The translations under genes and the position numbers were made by a program. The notes below the pieces were generated by a model. That model was not told the DNA's origin and did no database searches. It worked only from the letters and a program-made list of their open reading frames with translations. From NCBI GenBank assembly GCA_964589775.1, contig CAZPUN010000021.1, forward strand, positions 60,001-92,000: 32,000 nucleotides of DNA, in the 5' to 3' direction. The stretch comes from an uncultured archaeon. Its GTDB lineage: Archaea; Asgardarchaeota; Thorarchaeia; Thorarchaeales; CAZPUN01. Positions 28,963-32,000 of the stretch are shown piece after piece; positions within the stretch are counted from its first letter, which is position 1, and the number at the start of each line of letters is the position of its first letter.

Positions 28963-28975
28963 AAATAGTTAATAT

Positions 28976-29129
28976 GGGATGGCGGGTGGTGCCATCCTTA
29001 GAAATAGGTCCATGGATTTTACCATGGAAAGTCGGGTGGGTCATTGGGTGGAGAGTACATTTTTGATTTCACCTTTTATTGTGGGTCATACATTAATGCC
29101 AAACTTTCCTATTTATTCTCCACACCCAA
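28976..29129 (+). ncRNA. Candidate structured RNA element
   Basis: Relatively GC-rich intergenic segment with four stems and a potential pseudoknot. Confidence 0.45.
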
Positions 29130-29259
29130 GAAATCTGCAAAAATTTTTATGAGTCTATATAAATGTTAAGTGTTTAATACATGAAATAAAAATTAATCGT
29201 GATGTTCTTATATGAAATATTTGATTATATAATTCATAATTCTTTCATTGGTGTATAAA

Positions 29260-30612
29260 ATGTCGGAAATTTACATTAAAAATGCAAAGATTGTTACGAT
29301 GGATCCAAATAATAGAATTATTGAAAACGGTTTTGTCCATATAAAAGACGATTATATTGTAGATATTGGTAAGGGTAGCAAATCCATAGACGGCGGGTGC
29401 GTAATTGATGCAGAAGGTGACATTCTATTACCCGGTTTAGTTAATACACATACACATTTATTTCAAACATTAGGAAAAGGACTTGGTTCCGATTCTGATT
29501 TACTCGGGTGGTTCAAAGGTGCGTGGGAGCCTATTGCAAAAGCATTAAACAAAGAACTATATGAGACTGCTATACTCGCTAGTGCAATTGAATCGATTCA
29601 TTCTGGAACAACGTCATTATTGGCATATGAACATATTCTAAGTGCAAAATCGGAATTGCTTGATGTTGTTGTTTCTACAATAAAGAAAATGGGCATTAGG
29701 ACCATTTTAGGAATTGGATATCAAGACCAGGGATTTGAGATTGGTGCGCCTCGTATTGCTGTACAACCCACTGACGAAATAATTTCATTTCTCGAAGATA
29801 GCCTAAATCGATATCATACAGGAAATGACATGTTTCGTATTTGGTTAGCTCCTGGAACTATGAACTGGATTTCTGATGATCTCATTCGTGCTACCAAAGA
29901 TCTTGCTAATCAATTTAATACAGGCATTACGATTCATATGGATGAAACACAAAGCGAATGTAATTATAGTTTGAAAACTCGTGGTGTAAATGAAATTATG
30001 TATGCATACAAGACTGGACTTCTTGATGATAATGTCTTAGTTGTTCATGGTGTTTGGGCTGATGATCAATCTATACAAGCGATTGCAAAATCAAATGCAA
30101 AATATTCTCACAATCCCGTGAGTAATTGTTATCTTGCATCTGGGATTGCGCCTCTCAAAAAGTATCTAGATGCAGGTATCATGTCCGGTCTTGCGACTGA
30201 TGGTGCCGCAAGCAATAATACTTTGGATATGTTTGAAGTTATCAGATTAACTGGTTTAATTCACAAAGGTTACAATCGAAATCCGAAAGAAATAACTTCT
30301 GAGCAGATATTACGTATGGCTACTATCAATGGTGCTAGAGCTATATTAATGGATAATATTGGCTCAATTGAAATAGGTAAGAAGGCGGACCTTATAATCA
30401 TCGACGGTAAAAGTCCAAATATTCTCCCCATTCATAATTTAATATCTAACATTGTATATGCTTTTGGAAGAACACAAGTAAAAACATCAATAATTAATGG
30501 ACGAATTGTTATGGAGAATGGTAAAATTTTGCATTTGAACGAATCTGAGATAATTGAAAAATTATATAAAATCACAAAGAAATTAAGTGATGATTTGAGT
30601 ATGAATACCTAA
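29260..30612 (+). CDS. Amidohydrolase (MtaD/SsnA/guanine deaminase-like)
   Basis: PGLVNTHTH, IHMDET, VHGVW, HNPVSN, LATDGAASNN, GSIEIGKKADL; start revised to ATG 29260. Confidence 0.92.
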   Translation: MSEIYIKNAKIVTMDPNNRIIENGFVHIKDDYIVDIGKGSKSIDGGCVIDAEGDILLPGLVNTHTHLFQTLGKGLGSDSDLLGWFKGAWEPIAKALNKELYETAILASAIESIHSGTTSLLAYEHILSAKSELLDVVVSTIKKMGIRTILGIGYQDQGFEIGAPRIAVQPTDEIISFLEDSLNRYHTGNDMFRIWLAPGTMNWISDDLIRATKDLANQFNTGITIHMDETQSECNYSLKTRGVNEIMYAYKTGLLDDNVLVVHGVWADDQSIQAIAKSNAKYSHNPVSNCYLASGIAPLKKYLDAGIMSGLATDGAASNNTLDMFEVIRLTGLIHKGYNRNPKEITSEQILRMATINGARAILMDNIGSIEIGKKADLIIIDGKSPNILPIHNLISNIVYAFGRTQVKTSIINGRIVMENGKILHLNESEIIEKLYKITKKLSDDLSMNT

Positions 30613-30666
30613 ATTTTTTTTTACTCCTTTTGTATTTTCTAATTGAATATGGTATGATTTATCGAA

Positions 30667-31347
30667 TTAATGAATGTTCTTTATAATATTTGAAATCTGT
30701 TGAAGAATGTCGCTATCCTCTGAAATTTTGAATGCGTTATACGTTTCGGATTCTGCATCGTATAAGTACGTGAAATTTACAATATGTTCTTTCATGATTT
30801 TTAATGTATGTGGATCAAGCACTTCATTTACGTCTTTATTGTTCTCATCGGTAATTATGAAAATGAAATCTGAACCCTCGATGATCGATTTATCCTGAAA
30901 CGCGTCTTTCATAATTATCCAGAATGTAATTGAAATATTATCATGATTTGGAATAGATGTTAATTCTGCTAATTGAACACTTTTCATTGCTTTATCCGCA
31001 AATGACTTCGGGAATCCTATTTTTTCCAAGAAGAATTTTAATGCTTCATATGATGTTGAAATTAAAATTACCTTTAATCGTATGTCCTCCATATTATATT
31101 CATCTGCAGTGACCTGTTTTTCTTTGATTTCTGGTGGTTCTTGCATATTTAGATACATTCGAATTATTGATTCTATTTTTGCAGTGGATTCTTGAACATC
31201 ATGTTCAGAGAGTATATCAATTATGGAGGATATTATGTTCTTTACCGTTTCTTTGGTTAATTCCTTAGAAAATAGTATGTTCTCTCCTTTAGATAGACTT
31301 ACAAATCCGTTTGAATAATTTAATTCATATCCTTCTTTAAGCTTCAA
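30667..31347 (-). CDS. Hypothetical protein with a possible degenerate small-GTPase-like C-terminal domain
   Basis: TTG 31347 with GGAGG SD; LKVILIS / ISITFWII / IEGSDFIFIITD follow the Ras-fold strand order. Confidence 0.6.
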   Translation of the reverse strand: MKLKEGYELNYSNGFVSLSKGENILFSKELTKETVKNIISSIIDILSEHDVQESTAKIESIIRMYLNMQEPPEIKEKQVTADEYNMEDIRLKVILISTSYEALKFFLEKIGFPKSFADKAMKSVQLAELTSIPNHDNISITFWIIMKDAFQDKSIIEGSDFIFIITDENNKDVNEVLDPHTLKIMKEHIVNFTYLYDAESETYNAFKISEDSDILQQISNIIKNIH

Positions 31348-31416
31348 GATATATCCTCCAAACAATATAATAAATAAAAATAACAAATTCATATTTATAA
31401 CTTATTCTGGTCTTGA

Positions 31417-31821
31417 CTAGCTGATTCTTTTGATATATTGTAGCATTAAGACAATAATTATTATCGCAAGAATTAATGTTGAATAGATTAATGACTCATA
31501 GCTAATCGAAAATAGATCAATGAGTACAAACATTCCCGCTTGAGCAAAAACACTAATTAAAAATCCCAAAAACATAGTGAGATATAATTGATATTGTGGG
31601 ACATATCCTTTTGGATATATGCTATCCTCTGGGCGATTCATTGAATTTCGAATTAGTCTCTGTTTATTGTATCTCAAGAATAGAAATGATATTATTAATG
31701 TTGAAAATGCATAAGATATAAATGCGGCAGCATGGTTTATTATATAGAATATTCCGCCTGCTACTACTATTAAAAGAGCCATGAATAAACTGATAGTATT
31801 TAATAGACCCTCATTATTCAT
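31417..31821 (-). CDS. Four-TM membrane protein
   Basis: Four hydrophobic helices; GGTGA SD. Confidence 0.7.
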   Translation of the reverse strand: MNNEGLLNTISLFMALLIVVAGGIFYIINHAAAFISYAFSTLIISFLFLRYNKQRLIRNSMNRPEDSIYPKGYVPQYQLYLTMFLGFLISVFAQAGMFVLIDLFSISYESLIYSTLILAIIIIVLMLQYIKRIS

Positions 31822-31904
31822 TAATAATCACCATTGTTCCTTGCATGTCCTATTTCTAAACTCTTTTATAAAGGCTTTGTTTATTATAATTGTGGAGGTA
31901 TATT

Positions 31905-32000
31905 ATGAGCGAGAGTGACTTTTCAAAGGTATATTTTGCTGACCGAAATGCAAAAGCAAAGTATTCAATGCTCGATAAAATTGACCGCTTATGGAAAAAA
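31905..32000 (+). CDS. 5' fragment, probably a DUF362-type Fe-S protein
   Basis: GGAGGT SD; MSESDFSKVYFADRNAKAKYSMLDKIDRLWKK resembles the SKVYF...LLDKI.RL N-terminus; runs off the window. Confidence 0.5.
   Translation, partial: MSESDFSKVYFADRNAKAKYSMLDKIDRLWKK

Noticed and set aside
29020-29129. RNase P RNA (GGAAAGTC resembles CR-I)
   Set aside because: No CR-V-like 3' motif or P1 closing helix; too short
1-32000. tRNA, rRNA, transposase or integrase genes
   Set aside because: No cloverleaf/T-loop consensus or rRNA-like tract seen in intergenic regions; no recombinase motifs among the ORFs

Overview
Gene-dense, AT-rich archaeal chromosomal window, most likely from an Asgard archaeon. Evidence: archaeal-type GluRS, PdaD, Ino1 and M42/TET peptidase; GGTGA/GGAGG Shine-Dalgarno sites and many TTG/GTG starts; plus eukaryotic-signature-like genes (Rab-like small GTPase, a probable single-domain gelsolin-like protein, split Alg14/Alg13). 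About 33 CDS cover lipoate assembly (LipS2-LplA-LplB), polyamine, inositol, glycosylation and nucleotide metabolism, regulators and unknown membrane or coiled-coil proteins. The most unusual signal is non-coding. A ~165-nt multi-hairpin element occurs as two diverged direct copies (16465-16636 and 17964-18131), with further partial copies and hairpins filling the 700-bp gap at 16377-17089. Each full copy has a BRE/TATA-like motif upstream and a T-run downstream, suggesting an undescribed structured ncRNA family. A separate, possibly pseudoknotted RNA element lies at 28976-29129. All calls and base pairings were made by eye; no searches or folding programs were run.
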